Below are positions 63,245 through 64,000 of a stretch of 64,000 nucleotides of DNA, one piece after another; positions within the stretch are counted from its first letter, which is position 1; each line of letters begins with the position of its first letter. A model generated the notes under the pieces. It had not been told where the DNA came from. It ran no database searches and worked only from the letters and a program-made list of their open reading frames with translations. The translations under genes were made by a program, and so were the position numbers. Source of the stretch: Mytilus californianus (lineage: Eukaryota); contig NW_026262712.1 of the NCBI RefSeq assembly GCF_021869535.1, forward strand, positions 27,218,001 to 27,282,000, written 5' to 3'.

Positions 63245-63813
63245 ATTCACTAATGCAGCCGATTTTACTTCAGGCAGTAATAACATTGATTAAAGGGTCT
63301 CATTTGGTTTTGCAAAAGTAATGAATGTGTAACCGCTTCCATACTTTGAAAGTTTCTATAGGTAACAAGAGGTAACGTCTAGTTTAGCAAGAGGAATGAA
63401 TTATCAGCCACTAAACTCTTTGAAAGTACCCATGAGAAGTCTTTTTCAAGCGAAAAGTTTCCAAGAATGTCCTTATTATTCAGTGACAGTTAATGTCCTT
63501 TGGTCTTTGGAAGATAGTGGTCTCATTGGAAATCATACCTCACGACCATTCTTTAACAAATGTAAATACATTATAGGTATACTTTTAATTTGTGCCCCTT
63601 GAATTTAATTAATTGTTGACAGTTTCAATTCCATTGACAAATTCTACCAGAATAGTCGGGGACACAACATGTTTATAACATGTACAATCGCGGTTTGTGT
63701 TAAACCATGTCTGAAATCTATATTTCAACTTTTTAGGGCATCAAATTTCATAGCATCAACACGCAAAAGTAACATTATAGTTTTGAATATCATACATAAA
63801 TTTTTCAGTCGTT

Positions 63814-63907
63814 ATGTCTCTAACAAGCATTTTGATTTCTTGGATTGTGGTCTTTTATATGGTGAACTTTGCAAGTGCGACGACGAGTTCTTGTCGAACA
63901 GCAGACG
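63814..63907 (+). CDS. C1q-4 exon 1, signal peptide (gene continues beyond window)
   Basis: MSLTSILISWIVVFYMVNFASATTSSCRTAD, g|gtaagt donor. Confidence 0.85.
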
Positions 63908-64000
63908 GTAAGTAGTTAAAGTCTAGATGATTAAAAACAATACTAATTCAAAACAGAAACCACTCAGAATATGCTAAGACGGACATCACGAAATAAATCG

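Overview
AT-rich animal genomic DNA. The repeat families and C1qDC genes suggest a bivalve, probably the mussel Mytilus (inference). All host genes lie on the + strand: nuclear receptor paralog A (NR-A, 5' end outside the window, to 11194); three two-exon secreted globular-head C1q-domain genes (C1q-1 13291-15249, C1q-2 19537-21022 frameshifted, C1q-3 28032-32070); a 5'-truncated RTE LINE; an orphan, frameshifted 3' half of CDC50A/TMEM30A (37546-39737); nuclear receptor paralog B (NR-B, 48341-58713, about 510 aa); and exon 1 of a fourth C1qDC gene (63814-63907). NR plus downstream C1qDC form a segmentally duplicated module (about 1-13.5 kb vs about 50.1-64 kb). The receptors are NR1-like but have an unusual P-box (CEPCK) and a C-X6-C D-box. 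NR-B has a tandem duplicate of its first coding exon (A/B region plus zinc finger 1) that can splice in frame. By hand count, amino-acid changes between the paralogs cluster in the ligand-pocket exons. The non-coding DNA is dense with mobile elements: tRNA-SINEs with TSDs, a Helitron, Helentron/HINE-like elements with internal tandem repeats, Kolobok-like and other MITEs, a 3.57-kb element with long TIRs and a 6-bp TSD, a Penelope-like RT fragment, and hammerhead-ribozyme (retrozyme-like) relics. All coordinates and counts were made by eye; no searches were run.
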